From: an uncultured virus (IMG/VR IMGVR_UViG_3300025417_000001)
Lineage: Duplodnaviria > Heunggongvirae > Uroviricota > Caudoviricetes
DNA: 64,000 nucleotides
Reading direction: 5' to 3' (one strand)
Virus record (IMG/VR): IMGVR_UViG_3300025417_000001
The translations under genes and the position numbers were made by a program. Positions 34,304-45,107 of the stretch are shown piece by piece; position 1 is the stretch's first letter, and every line of letters begins with the position of its first letter. A model generated the notes under the pieces. The model did not search any database. It saw only the letters and a list, made by a program, of their open reading frames with translations, and was not told the origin of the DNA.

Positions 34304-35184
34304 GGTAGTTGCACGTACTTTCCTGACAACCATTCGTTAGATGCTGGCTTAGAAGTAGTTACCATAAAGTTGTACGTGTCTTGCCATGTGGCTTTGCGGT
34401 TTAATGACCACCAACCTGACATTGCTGCGGTTGCGTTAGACGAACCAACCATAAACTTAGTAGCCCCATTTGGTTGCGCAACATACCAACGAGCATTTAA
34501 ATAAAAACTTGTCTGTGGTGTTCCGTTGCTATAGCGAGCAATGTATGGCTTTGCTGTTGGGTCATATGCTTTACCAGTTGTGCCTGGATCAGGATTATCG
34601 GTAGCCCCGATTGAAACGACGTCTGATAAGCATGCAATTGAATCCATAGCGGTGCGGTTACTGTCATTTCCAGTAGCAGCAATAACTGCAACATTGTTTG
34701 CCTTTAGAGTGGCTACATCATCAGCAGTACCTGCTGGGACTTGGCACCCACTAAAGACTCTACCTTGTGAAATGTTAACAACTGTAATGTTGTACTTAAC
34801 ACGGTTTGCTACAACCCAATCAAGTGCAGACTTAACGGCATTATTTGAGTACAGGTATGGCGCCCCTGATGGCGTAACCCCAACAATACGAATTGGAATA
34901 AGTTTTGCAGAAGGATTTACCTTAGAAATAATAGATAACATCTCAGTACCGTGAGTGAGAGTTGCATTGGTAGATGGGGCTATGTTGGCTGCGCCAACGC
35001 CTTCCATCTGTGCTTTGTTGTTTGGACACATTGAGTATTCAAGAATACAAACTTCGGTGATGATGTTTGAAAATTGTGAAGTTACAACACCTGAATCAAT
35101 TACTGCAATAGCTTGTGGTTGATCTGCATGAGCAGGTGTAATAAACCCTGCAAGTAGTGTTACGACTAGTAGTGCTTTTTTCAT
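34300..35184 (-). CDS. secreted subtilisin-like (S8) peptidase
   Basis: Signal peptide; VIDSG, HGT, ATGN, GSSNA. Confidence 0.85.
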   Translation of the reverse strand: MKKALLVVTLLAGFITPAHADQPQAIAVIDSGVVTSQFSNIITEVCILEYSMCPNNKAQMEGVGAANIAPSTNATLTHGTEMLSIISKVNPSAKLIPIRIVGVTPSGAPYLYSNNAVKSALDWVVANRVKYNITVVNISQGRVFSGCQVPAGTADDVATLKANNVAVIAATGNDSNRTAMDSIACLSDVVSIGATDNPDPGTTGKAYDPTAKPYIARYSNGTPQTSFYLNARWYVAQPNGATKFMVGSSNATAAMSGWWSLNRKATWQDTYNFMVTTSKPASNEWLSGKYVQLP

Positions 35185-36104
35185 ATTGCTTTATCCCCTT
35201 TAACCATATGTTTAGCGGTTGTTATCCCAGACCTTACCTCATCTAGTGTCATAGCGCCAACATCTTTGACCTCTATCCCCGCATAATTGAAGAACCACGC
35301 TTCGGTGTTAAATTCTTCACACATATGCAATAGGGCTAGCGAAGATGCTCTTCCAGCGTCATCGTTATCCATGGCAAAGATAATCCTATCCGCGCCACGT
35401 ATCAAATTGAACTGTGCTTTGGAGACTGTTGCTCCATAAGTGGCTACGCCAGCAAACCCTAAGGAGACTAGCCTTACCACGTCTAACGGTGACTCAACTA
35501 CAACCAAGTCGCCTTGTGAGTATTGTGCGTATCCAAATAAAGTTTCGCTCTTCTTTATCCCCGCAGGTTTATTATTAAAGTAACGATGATCATAACCCTT
35601 TTCCTGCCAACCAATAAGCTTATTCGTTAGCGGGTCTCTGATTGGGATAATCCAATTCTTGTTGCGCTCATCCCATTTAAGTTCGTAGACCAAAGCCGAT
35701 GCGCGGCGAAGACCACGAGATAGCAAAGCCTCTGCAGGTGGTTCTGTAAAGGCGCTAAGCATTGATTCTGTTATATGAGTTGGCTCTTCAATTTTAGGTT
35801 GTTCTTCACGCGTTAGGCGTTGGAATCTAGAAACCAAACTATCAGTAGAACCTAGCCACTCTGTAGCCTTCTCATAATCAACACCAGTTACATATGCAAT
35901 TAGAGAATATAAACTCCCCTTCCAACCGCATGAGAAACAATTATGCGCGCCAGAATCAGCATTAATAAACCAAGAAGGGTTGCGGTCTTCTTTACCTGTG
36001 CGTTCTAAGTGAGCAGGGCAGTGAGCTTGAATCTCATAACCACGACTCCCAATTATCTCTATCCCAAGGCGGGTTAGAGTATCGGTCATCTCATCTACGG
36101 TCAT
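35181..36104 (-). CDS. dnaG: DNA primase (Zn finger + TOPRIM)
   Basis: CPAH...CFSC; VVES..D; DNDDAG. Confidence 0.9.
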   Translation of the reverse strand: MTVDEMTDTLTRLGIEIIGSRGYEIQAHCPAHLERTGKEDRNPSWFINADSGAHNCFSCGWKGSLYSLIAYVTGVDYEKATEWLGSTDSLVSRFQRLTREEQPKIEEPTHITESMLSAFTEPPAEALLSRGLRRASALVYELKWDERNKNWIIPIRDPLTNKLIGWQEKGYDHRYFNNKPAGIKKSETLFGYAQYSQGDLVVVESPLDVVRLVSLGFAGVATYGATVSKAQFNLIRGADRIIFAMDNDDAGRASSLALLHMCEEFNTEAWFFNYAGIEVKDVGAMTLDEVRSGITTAKHMVKGDKAI

Positions 36105-37336
36105 AGCGCTAAGTCGTCTTCATCCATTTCACGAAACGCGCCAGTGTTCCAATCCCATAGAAGTTGTGCCTCTGTAAGACCAGAGTTACGACTAGCGATA
36201 ACGCGAAGAGTACGAGTGTCATCTACGTTTTCATCTACGCGCTGTAGACCAAAGATAACGTCAGCGTCTTGGTGAAATGATGAAGAGTAACCAATAGAGT
36301 CTGCGGAAACATTGCCACCGCGCATTTTCCAAGTCAATGCCTGAGTTGAAATAACAATTGGCTTCTTCACCTTTTGTGCCAAACGCTTTAGAGAACGAGT
36401 GATATTAGTAATCGCTTGAGGAGTGTTGGACTCATTGGTCTGCTCATCAATCATCAGATAGGTACCGTCAATGAAAACAATATCTGGGTTCTTGCTTTGA
36501 ATCTTGCTGGCTACTGCGCTAACAGTCTGACCATTGGTGGAGTCTGAAAACCAAAACTTATCCCGCATCTGTGGAACATCCTCAGAAACTACTTTAATAA
36601 ATCTGCTTTCTTCCTCTGGCGTCAAACTACCTGTCATCAGGCGTTGATAAGAAATACGGGCGCGCATAGCGTAATAGCGGTTCTTCTGTTCAGTGTTACT
36701 CATTTCAAATGAAAGGAACATTGGAACTTTACCTGCAAGCTGAGCGTTAATAGCAATTTGTAAAGCCAGGGTTGATTTACCTGTCTTAGGAGGAGCAACA
36801 ATTACTACTAACTGCTCAGGTTGCAATCCTGAAGTTGATGCGTCAATCGTAGGAAAACCTGTAGCCAAACCAAGTAGCCCTGGATTTGCTTTACGAAACT
36901 CGTATTCTTCTTTAGCGGTTTTAGCGGCTTGGGTAATTTCTAAATCTGTAGACCGTGTTAAACCTTCTTCCTCAAGTTTAATAATCCCGCGCTCCATAGC
37001 AAGGAGTGCTCCCTCATGGTCTTGCTCTTTCTCAATAGAAGTAAGAGCGTTACCAATTGTGTGGATGATAGATAACTTACGGCGGTTCTCAACAAGGCGG
37101 TCTAAAAAGTAATCAATGCTGTCTGGGACCTCAAGCAGTTGATAAGTAGGAAAGTTATCAACAATTACATCAAGGCTTGGGGTTTCTTGATACTGGGTGT
37201 AGTGGCTGTGCATAAAACGAAATATTTTCTTATCGTTTGCATCAGAAAACCATTCTTCATTAACACCGCGCTCAAGAACAATGTTGACACTGCGCTCTTC
37301 AATAATCTTGCTAAGTAGCTTTGCTTCGTTGTTCAT
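36101..37336 (-). CDS. dnaB: DnaB-like replicative helicase
   Basis: APPKTGKS, SFEM, FIDG, QDAD. Confidence 0.92.
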   Translation of the reverse strand: MNNEAKLLSKIIEERSVNIVLERGVNEEWFSDANDKKIFRFMHSHYTQYQETPSLDVIVDNFPTYQLLEVPDSIDYFLDRLVENRRKLSIIHTIGNALTSIEKEQDHEGALLAMERGIIKLEEEGLTRSTDLEITQAAKTAKEEYEFRKANPGLLGLATGFPTIDASTSGLQPEQLVVIVAPPKTGKSTLALQIAINAQLAGKVPMFLSFEMSNTEQKNRYYAMRARISYQRLMTGSLTPEEESRFIKVVSEDVPQMRDKFWFSDSTNGQTVSAVASKIQSKNPDIVFIDGTYLMIDEQTNESNTPQAITNITRSLKRLAQKVKKPIVISTQALTWKMRGGNVSADSIGYSSSFHQDADVIFGLQRVDENVDDTRTLRVIASRNSGLTEAQLLWDWNTGAFREMDEDDLAL

Positions 37337-37740
37337 AAGCTATTGAAGTCCAATCCCCAGTGTCCGTATCTTAATATGTTACTTGGTGCATCTATTACGC
37401 CGATAACCTCTGGCCTGTATGGAAGCTCACTAACCAAATGGTTAATGGACTCGTAGCCTGAGTAGTATCTAAACGGATTAGTCCCTGTGTTATCAAGATA
37501 ATCCATCGTTTCAGAAAGTTGTTCGTCTGTCAATTCGTAAGAAACTAACTCCAACGTAACACCGCGGTTAGTTGTGTAAAGGTACAACGCGCTTAGTATG
37601 TCGCGTCTAACCTTCTTCTCTACTTGAACAAACGGAATTAACTTATATTTCTTTTTTACATTGAGCTCTACAGTCAAGAATATGTCTGCCACTACAAGTA
37701 TTCTTTTGGGGAGCTCGTTGCTGATATCCCCGTTACGCAT
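37333..37740 (-). CDS. hypothetical protein
   Basis: ORF track. Confidence 0.7.
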   Translation of the reverse strand: MRNGDISNELPKRILVVADIFLTVELNVKKKYKLIPFVQVEKKVRRDILSALYLYTTNRGVTLELVSYELTDEQLSETMDYLDNTGTNPFRYYSGYESINHLVSELPYRPEVIGVIDAPSNILRYGHWGLDFNSL

Positions 37741-38049
37741 TTAGAAAACCTCTATTTTCCCAAATTTAATCACGAACTCTCTGAAGTCTTCATCAGAAAG
37801 CTTAGCCTTAATCGTATCTTCGTTCGTTGCTCGTTTAGAAATTTCTAATGGATAGCTCCCATTGTTTTGATCTATACGGGCTTGAACAAACTTAGTGTGC
37901 TTGCAGGTACTTCTACCTTTGAATCCAGGACAAGTGCAGAATAAACGACCTAGTAAATCTGAGGTAACCTCATAGATACCTGGGCCAGGTGTGTGGGCTT
38001 GGCTTAAGAATACCTGTACCAACCTTGACGCCTGCACTTCGTTCCTCAC
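37741..38049 (-). CDS. SWIM zinc-finger protein
   Basis: CTCPGF...CKH. Confidence 0.75.
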   Translation of the reverse strand: MRNEVQASRLVQVFLSQAHTPGPGIYEVTSDLLGRLFCTCPGFKGRSTCKHTKFVQARIDQNNGSYPLEISKRATNEDTIKAKLSDEDFREFVIKFGKIEVF

Positions 38050-38735
38050 TTTCTTAAATCTTCCGTAGCAGCTATAGGTAAATAATAAAACGCTTCGTTA
38101 GCAAAACTTTCTGTAGCGTCACCATATTCGCTAGCCCAGTTCTCTAACTTAATGTTAGTGGTAACTATAGTAGGCAATCCGTGGTTAAAACGTGTGCGCA
38201 AGATGTGGTGAAGCATGCTGCTCTGCCAACCTGACAATGAGGTGTGTTCTTTGCCAAGGTCATCAATAATTAAAACTCTGATGTTATACGCATCATTCTT
38301 GCATTCTCCAAGCATGCCTTGAAACAAAGTCTCTTGGTCATCAGTAGCAACACCTTCAATAGTTAAACCTTTCAACGCTAAGATATCATTGAAGGTTGCA
38401 AAATAACATGGGCGGTTAAGAACTTTTCCGCTATCAACTTTAAAAGGTTCAATAGGAAACGTAGTCATAATTTCTTGTATTAAAGAAACTGAAAGAGTTG
38501 TCTTTCCGTGACCAGGCTCTCCCCAAAGAAGTAAACCTTTACCGCAACGTTTATTACCTGATGCGCGGATTACATCTCCAGATTTAACATAGTCAATCCA
38601 CTGACGAATGCGTTCCATCTTTTTTGGGTCAACTTCTGTGCAGTCATCTAAAGTCCAACCAAGTCTTGCTTCAGGAATGTTTGCAACGCGTACCCAAATC
38701 TTACGAACTGGTTTTAAGTCATTGACTTCAAACAT
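38046..38735 (-). CDS. DnaC/IstB-like ATPase (helicase loader)
   Basis: GEPGHGKT, IIDDLGKE, TIVTTN. Confidence 0.88.
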   Translation of the reverse strand: MFEVNDLKPVRKIWVRVANIPEARLGWTLDDCTEVDPKKMERIRQWIDYVKSGDVIRASGNKRCGKGLLLWGEPGHGKTTLSVSLIQEIMTTFPIEPFKVDSGKVLNRPCYFATFNDILALKGLTIEGVATDDQETLFQGMLGECKNDAYNIRVLIIDDLGKEHTSLSGWQSSMLHHILRTRFNHGLPTIVTTNIKLENWASEYGDATESFANEAFYYLPIAATEDLRK

Positions 38736-39559
38736 TAATACTTCTCCCACTGCTTGTCTGAAATATCTTCGGCTGCTGCGATATCTGCAGGTGTGACTGT
38801 ACTACGTTCTACATCCAACAACAGACTACCAAAGTCGCGGATAAACATTTTCCAAATTATCTCAGGGTCGTTGATGTGCTTATTGTGCTCTAGACCTGCA
38901 AAGAATCTATCCATCATCTTTAACTCTATATCACCTGTGGTGCCGTGAGTTTTGCGAGCCTGACCAAAAGCGCCACGAAACCTTGTCCGCGCAACTTTCC
39001 AAGGGGTCACGTGCCACATGCCTTCCATGCGGTTAGCAAATTCATTTACCGATTCGTCTGTAGTCCAGTCAATCGGCAACTTGCTCATCTTGGCTTCGCG
39101 CTTTCTGTTGTGCTCTTGCTCCTTGGCCAGAGCGTATTCGGCACTCTTGCGTTCGCGCTCCTTGCGAATCTTGGCTCTTAGCTCATCCTCTTCGCTCTCA
39201 TAGCTTAACGCTCTAAATTCGTTATCCATCATTCCCTCCTTGGGTTCCCCAAGTAATCTTTCTTGCTTTATATATGAATATGCATTTAAGTTTAAATAGC
39301 TATTCAGCTGTGTCTGCTGTATCAGATGACCAACTTCTGGTCGCCAGAGATTGGGCTCCACAAGGCGATTTACTGTCATAATTCTGTTGCCAATCCGCTC
39401 CTTCTTAGAAGAGATCATGTTGTAGTCCTTCAGCTCCTTAAGAGCCAACCTCATGGAATTTCTGCCTTCCCCAAATACCTTGGAAAGGCCCTCAGCGCTT
39501 ATGGAGGCTCCTGAGGCATAGAGATACAGGTAAACCCCTAGGGCGCGGGCTGTAATCAC
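38735..39559 (-). CDS. putative replication initiator (N-terminal wHTH)
   Basis: ARALGVYLYL...EGRNSMRLALKELKD; upstream of DnaC-like gene. Confidence 0.6.
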   Translation of the reverse strand: MITARALGVYLYLYASGASISAEGLSKVFGEGRNSMRLALKELKDYNMISSKKERIGNRIMTVNRLVEPNLWRPEVGHLIQQTQLNSYLNLNAYSYIKQERLLGEPKEGMMDNEFRALSYESEEDELRAKIRKERERKSAEYALAKEQEHNRKREAKMSKLPIDWTTDESVNEFANRMEGMWHVTPWKVARTRFRGAFGQARKTHGTTGDIELKMMDRFFAGLEHNKHINDPEIIWKMFIRDFGSLLLDVERSTVTPADIAAAEDISDKQWEKY

Positions 39560-40119
39560 GTCTTAGGCCCCTTAGAAGCCTTTTTAGAGGGTAGTAGTTG
39601 GGCTACCACAGCTTCGGTGACTCGCTTGATTATCTCTTCCATGTCTATATCAGGCTCTAAGGCAGGTTCAATTAATTCCTCCCCCTTTGTAACCACATGT
39701 TCTGGGGTGGGGGAAATTTTATTTAAACCCTCACTTAGGTCATAAGGGGTTATGTTGTGTTGGAGCATAGTGTCTAGCAGTTCGTTGTTAGGTTCGTCTT
39801 TGTTCCATAGTACAAACCCTGCGGTCTTAACCTTACCCGCGAACTTGCAAGCCTCTTCTAATGGATTATCTGTTTCAATCATGCTGGCTGAAGAGATGCC
39901 ATCATGCTTTGCACCCTCGTTGGAAAAGATAACAACATCTTTGCTTTTATCTTTTGCCCATTGACTAATAAACACTTGTCCAGGCGCGGGGGATGTTTCA
40001 TAAGGAAGCAAGAAAGTTACATCTTGTCCATTTGCATATACGTAGTCATCTATAAGGGCTTCTACGTTAGCCCGACTGGTGCTTCCTGCACCAGCTACCA
40101 TCACATAATATTTGTCCAT
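39556..40119 (-). CDS. hypothetical protein
   Basis: ORF track; RBS aggagg. Confidence 0.7.
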   Translation of the reverse strand: MDKYYVMVAGAGSTSRANVEALIDDYVYANGQDVTFLLPYETSPAPGQVFISQWAKDKSKDVVIFSNEGAKHDGISSASMIETDNPLEEACKFAGKVKTAGFVLWNKDEPNNELLDTMLQHNITPYDLSEGLNKISPTPEHVVTKGEELIEPALEPDIDMEEIIKRVTEAVVAQLLPSKKASKGPKT

Positions 40120-40158
40120 AGGACCTCCTGTTAGGGGAGGCCTACATTAGCACAAAGT

Positions 40159-40428
40159 TTACTTTTGTCTAATCACAGCGGGACGATAGGTGGAAAGTCG
40201 CTCTGCCCCAGTCAATAGAACCCTACTTAAGAAGGCGCAGGCTACTGCCCTGAGTATTAGTTCTTTAACAGGAAATCCGATAAGGGCATTACCACCAAAG
40301 GAAAGTCCTACCGCAAAAATGGCATTGACTGCCATAGCACTAGTAAAGATTTCAAGGACTTCCGCTATTGGTTGTAGAAGAGCAAGAAAAAACGCTACCG
40401 CCATTGATACAAGAAATAAGTTAAACAT
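40159..40428 (-). CDS. small membrane protein (possible holin)
   Basis: 2-3 hydrophobic segments, basic C-terminus. Confidence 0.55.
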   Translation of the reverse strand: MFNLFLVSMAVAFFLALLQPIAEVLEIFTSAMAVNAIFAVGLSFGGNALIGFPVKELILRAVACAFLSRVLLTGAERLSTYRPAVIRQK

Positions 40429-40440
40429 GGCGTAATAGTA

Positions 40441-42960
40441 CTACGTCTGTGGTTGTGCTATGTACACTGCCGTTGTAGAGCCCATAGGCAGTTCAGCGTT
40501 TAGTGTTGCTCCAAACAATCTTGTTTGAACTGAAAATCTATTTTTGTAATAGTGGCTACGAGCAGCGTTTGGTACGCCACCTTCCCAAAACAAGTCATAA
40601 ACAGTTCCGTTACCGTTAGAGCCATCAAAGTAATCTAAAACTTGTCCATTGTTTTCAAAGAGTGCTTCGTCTAAAACTAATATGTTTCCAGAAGTAGTTG
40701 CCCAATCAAGTTCTACGCTGGCATAAGCAGCTGTAGCTGGGGCTGTTCCAATCACGTAAGGGCGCGCCCAAGTTGTTGTAGAGACCGCGGTTGAGGTTCC
40801 TACTGAAGAACTAATCAATGAGTAGCTGGTGTCATACCAGTTGATCTTGGCTGTTACATGTTCAGCAGCAGTTCCTGCTTGAGCATAAACGCTAAATGTG
40901 TAAGAAGTATTTGGGTAATAGATTCCCATAAGCTCAGATGTAGTTGAGCCATCCCAAGAAGACACGGATACTGAAGAGCCAGTGGCAGTCAGCTTTAATG
41001 AGTTTCCTGTTCTGTACACAACACCCGAAGTAACAGTTGAATTGCTAGCCGTTACAGAATAGGTAAAGGTAGTTAGAGTTACAGCAGTGATGGTTCTTAC
41101 ACCATTGTAGTTTGAGGCTCCTGTGCCTGTGACCCCGCTGATAACAACGGTTTGTCCAATTTGGTAACTATGAGGATTAGTCAAAGTCACTGTTGCTACA
41201 TTGGTAGAGATACTGGCTGAGGCAATTGTAAATAAATCTACATTTGGTTCTTCATAAGTATTTATTACTGAGGTTGAAGCATTGGCTGCATTCCACGGAG
41301 TAATTGGGGATGCAAAGTGTGGGTTTAATAGTTCATTGATTCTATTAGCGCGCAGGATAAGGTGTAGTTGGCGAGCTTCATCAAAAGAGGTAGCAGAAGA
41401 CGCAACCTCAAATTGAGCCGCGTCAAAGTAATGGTGTTCATTGCTGGCAGAGCCGCCCACAGATGCTATAGAAATACCAGGGCAGGCATAGTAGGCACCA
41501 GTAGGAGCTGAAGCAGTTACTGATGGACGATAAGAGCTAGAGAAGGTAGCAGTGTTGTCAGAGACCTCAGTGCCAGAGGACGTAGATAGATAAACACCAA
41601 AACGGTTAAACCATTTAATCTTTGCAGTAACGGTACGAGCCGTGGCTCCTTTAGCCGCGTAGATGCTAAATGTGTATTGAGTTCCAGCGGTTACAGGGAT
41701 TCCCTTAGTAATAGGAGCGTCATCACCACAATAGGTGTTAACTGTTTGGGCGCTAGTAGATAAGTTATATACAGAAAACACTCCGCTAGCTTTATTAGGA
41801 AACAGTTCTGGTGCGGTTGGTTCTACCCATGGTGCTGGGTATGGGGTCACTAACCCATAGGCTCCTGTAGATACGTTATACCCAGATACTGAAGAAAAAT
41901 CAGCTGTAGTAATACTAAAACTAATAGATGTATTTTGATCAACCGCGGTTAAGGTAACAGGGGTAGCGCTATTAAACAAAGGCAAAGATAGTCCACTAAT
42001 TACTACCTTGTTGCTGACGTCATAGTTATGTGGACCAATAATTAAAGTAGCTACGTTAGAGGTAACTGACAAAGATTTTATATTAAATACTTTAAGGTGG
42101 TCTAAGTCAGCGGTGCCATCGGTAGATACCCAGTGCCCAATACCCTCTTCAAATGAAGAGTCGTTGTAATCAAGCATTATGTTATGGCCCACAGTAATTC
42201 CGTTAACGCTAGGGTTAGGGGTGCCACTAATAGGTACAGGTATACCCCAACCAGTAAAGTCTTTTATAAATCCAATAAGTCCGTCTTTAGAACCTTTTTC
42301 TTTAGTTAAAGTTATTGCATCTTTTAGTATGATTCTGTTTTGTTGTAAACCAATTGCTGGTTCATAGGTTTGGCCAAATTGGTTCATCATTGTCGGTACT
42401 AAAGAACCGCTTACTTTTTGAACATCATACTTATTAATCAAGTTTTCAATTAAACTTTGTTCGTAATCCAACTCAAAACCAAAGTTTCCTAAAAATGCAT
42501 ACAGGTCTGGGTTGTACCAGTCTGATGTAGCTGAATATGGTTGAGATATTTTGTAAATTTCTGGAAGATAGTTGTAGAGTTTGTCGGTATTGCCATGGTC
42601 TTTAACAGATAAAGCAAAAGCACTACCAGCATTAACCCAAGAATATTGAACAGTGCTGAATACAAATATAGAATAATAGTAGAAGTTACCTTGAGTTAGA
42701 CCATTCTCATCAATATAGATAACAGGATCGGCACCATTATACGCAGTTAAAATCCTTGTGCCATCCCACGCATCTATTGAAAATCCATAAGAATTTCTTA
42801 CAATAATTAACTCAGACCAATCACCAGTAGGATCAGCCCAATTTAAAAGTATTTTTCCTTGTTTGTATGGTTTTGCGGTAAAGGGTGCAGCATCATACTT
42901 AATAGGGTTATCACTACCGTAATAACCAACACCATAGTAATCAATACCGTAACGTGACAT
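40441..42960 (-). CDS. baseplate wedge/tail protein with CBM-like repeats
   Basis: LYNYLPEIY...KGS region typical of wedge proteins; follows baseplate J. Confidence 0.75.
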   Translation of the reverse strand: MSRYGIDYYGVGYYGSDNPIKYDAAPFTAKPYKQGKILLNWADPTGDWSELIIVRNSYGFSIDAWDGTRILTAYNGADPVIYIDENGLTQGNFYYYSIFVFSTVQYSWVNAGSAFALSVKDHGNTDKLYNYLPEIYKISQPYSATSDWYNPDLYAFLGNFGFELDYEQSLIENLINKYDVQKVSGSLVPTMMNQFGQTYEPAIGLQQNRIILKDAITLTKEKGSKDGLIGFIKDFTGWGIPVPISGTPNPSVNGITVGHNIMLDYNDSSFEEGIGHWVSTDGTADLDHLKVFNIKSLSVTSNVATLIIGPHNYDVSNKVVISGLSLPLFNSATPVTLTAVDQNTSISFSITTADFSSVSGYNVSTGAYGLVTPYPAPWVEPTAPELFPNKASGVFSVYNLSTSAQTVNTYCGDDAPITKGIPVTAGTQYTFSIYAAKGATARTVTAKIKWFNRFGVYLSTSSGTEVSDNTATFSSSYRPSVTASAPTGAYYACPGISIASVGGSASNEHHYFDAAQFEVASSATSFDEARQLHLILRANRINELLNPHFASPITPWNAANASTSVINTYEEPNVDLFTIASASISTNVATVTLTNPHSYQIGQTVVISGVTGTGASNYNGVRTITAVTLTTFTYSVTASNSTVTSGVVYRTGNSLKLTATGSSVSVSSWDGSTTSELMGIYYPNTSYTFSVYAQAGTAAEHVTAKINWYDTSYSLISSSVGTSTAVSTTTWARPYVIGTAPATAAYASVELDWATTSGNILVLDEALFENNGQVLDYFDGSNGNGTVYDLFWEGGVPNAARSHYYKNRFSVQTRLFGATLNAELPMGSTTAVYIAQPQT

Positions 42961-42961
42961 A

Positions 42962-44707
42962 TTAGCTTAGAATTCCGCCAGTAGGATTAACAGTCAAAGT
43001 TCCAATATTAGGGATTGAATACAATGTTGGAATTTCATTAGTAGTACAGACAATATCGTTTACTGTAAGGGCTGTAACAGAACCAGATGCAGATGTAGAG
43101 CTTACAGGGCTAGCTACTAGTGCGTATGAGAATGTGTTAGAGGTTACAGCTGTTACAACAAACGTTCCATTAAATGTAGCATCTACGTTGGTTACCGATA
43201 TTGTCTGACCTACTGTTAAATTATGATTTACAGATGTAGTCAAAGTTGCAGTGTTTGATGACAAAAGTTTATTATTAATAGTAAAAGTTTGATCTTTATC
43301 TGCTCTGACTAGCTTTTGAAGCTGTTGGTAGGCAACCCCATCAACGGATGACACTGTCGCATGCACATCAGAAATAGAGATTGTGTCATTAAAAACAACG
43401 TTATTTATATTAAATAGGTTATTTAACGCAGCAGTCACATTTGCTGTTACAGAAGATTGCTTATACTGCGTTCCAACTGTAATGCTAACTACTAAATTTA
43501 CTCCCACGTATGTAGGTGGTTGAAATGTAATAGTGGTGTTTGCTGGGGCTTTATCAATTAATGCTGCTAGTACTTTAGGCACAGTGTTATTAAAAACAGC
43601 GCTTGGGGTAACGTTATCTGATTGAACTCCTGGGTCACCAGAAGGAACAAAATACAAAGTTATTGATGTGTAGACGTCTGCTGAAGCAATAGCTTTAGAT
43701 ACCCCTGTAGTTTGGACGGCAAGGTAAGCATAGTCTGTCAGTGATACAGCTCTATTGATAGCTCTAATACTTAGTGGAGCATTAATTCTAATAGAATCTG
43801 TTGATTCCTCATCTGAACCCCCAGTTGCCGCGCCATCACCAGATACGCTAATGTCTTGGTTAGCTACTGTTAAGCCAGCAGGAATTGTTCCAGAAGGAAC
43901 GCTGATAATATATTTAATGGTATTGGAAGCAACGTTACCAATAGTGCCGCCACCTACACGGTATGTTGCATAAATTTGCACACCATTAGGAGGAATGCGG
44001 CCACTTACACCATCGCCAAAAACAACATAAGTGATACCTTCAGCATTTGTTACCACAGAAAATACTGGGTCATAGCTGTTGGCATCAATTAAATATTCAA
44101 TTTTTTGGTATTCAACACCGTTAATTGCAATTTGAACAGAATCGTTAATTACAGAAGTGTTGCTTAATTGAAAACTTTGATTTGCTGTTCCGTCTGAAGC
44201 GCCAAGGATTTCATCAGAAACAGTAGTTCCCTGAGTAGCAATGACAGTGGCTGAACCGTTTGTTGAACCAACTTTTGCTAGAACAGTGACATCGGTATTT
44301 GTTTCAAATATAATTTGAGCAGTTGCAGCATTGGCCACTAAAGAGGTAGCTACTTTTGTTAGCGCTGGCACTGTAATAGCGGATGAGGTTGAGTTTTGAA
44401 ATGTAAGAGTCACAGTTGAAGCAATGGTGTTGACTGGGGTATACCCAAGTAAATTAGCTAGTCTTAACACGTTCTGTCGTTGGGTAGCTGTGGTAATAAA
44501 TGATTCATTTGCCGCGCGGTCAATGTAGTAGTTGAGAAGATCGCCCATATAGGCAAAGAGCTCTAGCATGGTCATGCCAAAGTCGGCAGGGTCACGGTTG
44601 GTCCACGCAGGTGAAAAGGCGGGAATGAGGGTTGTCATATCCGATAGGATTGACGAGTAATCCCTAGAGGTGTAATCCACCGAAGGAACGTAATTATTGG
44701 TTGCCAT
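42962..44707 (-). CDS. baseplate J-like (gp6) protein
   Basis: DYTSRDY, FGDGVSGRIPP, RAVSLTDY. Confidence 0.9.
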   Translation of the reverse strand: MATNNYVPSVDYTSRDYSSILSDMTTLIPAFSPAWTNRDPADFGMTMLELFAYMGDLLNYYIDRAANESFITTATQRQNVLRLANLLGYTPVNTIASTVTLTFQNSTSSAITVPALTKVATSLVANAATAQIIFETNTDVTVLAKVGSTNGSATVIATQGTTVSDEILGASDGTANQSFQLSNTSVINDSVQIAINGVEYQKIEYLIDANSYDPVFSVVTNAEGITYVVFGDGVSGRIPPNGVQIYATYRVGGGTIGNVASNTIKYIISVPSGTIPAGLTVANQDISVSGDGAATGGSDEESTDSIRINAPLSIRAINRAVSLTDYAYLAVQTTGVSKAIASADVYTSITLYFVPSGDPGVQSDNVTPSAVFNNTVPKVLAALIDKAPANTTITFQPPTYVGVNLVVSITVGTQYKQSSVTANVTAALNNLFNINNVVFNDTISISDVHATVSSVDGVAYQQLQKLVRADKDQTFTINNKLLSSNTATLTTSVNHNLTVGQTISVTNVDATFNGTFVVTAVTSNTFSYALVASPVSSTSASGSVTALTVNDIVCTTNEIPTLYSIPNIGTLTVNPTGGILS

Positions 44708-45107
44708 ATGGTACCTCCGTTATTACATCACCAGATTGGCTAAGAATATCAGTTTTAATACTTATAGTCTCAGGGTTCGCAGAAGAACCGTACTTATAAT
44801 TGATTACCACATTTAAGTGACCATCTACAGGGTCTAGCGTTACATCTGTTCCCAATAAAGTCAGATAGGGGAACCAATTACTAAATCCCGCAGAAACCTC
44901 TTGTTGTATAGCTGAGCTGGCTGAGTTTATGTTTTCAAAAACACTGCCTTTTATATTGGTGCCATATCCTGGGCGCATTACTCGCTCACTGGTGTAGGTC
45001 ATAAGTGCAAGAACTATTCGGTCTTGTATTATCTTCTTTTGGTCTTGGGTGCTTGCCACAGACCCATTAACGTCAAAAGAAAACGGCAAAGAAATTGCTT
45101 TACTCAT
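44694..45107 (-). CDS. gp25-like baseplate protein
   Basis: ISLPF, ERVMRPGYGT. Confidence 0.88.
   Translation of the reverse strand: MSKAISLPFSFDVNGSVASTQDQKKIIQDRIVLALMTYTSERVMRPGYGTNIKGSVFENINSASSAIQQEVSAGFSNWFPYLTLLGTDVTLDPVDGHLNVVINYKYGSSANPETISIKTDILSQSGDVITEVPYGNQ

Noticed and set aside
11629..37336. Inteins or introns in nrdJ, recA, polA or dnaB
   Set aside because: Proteins are of normal length with contiguous motifs.
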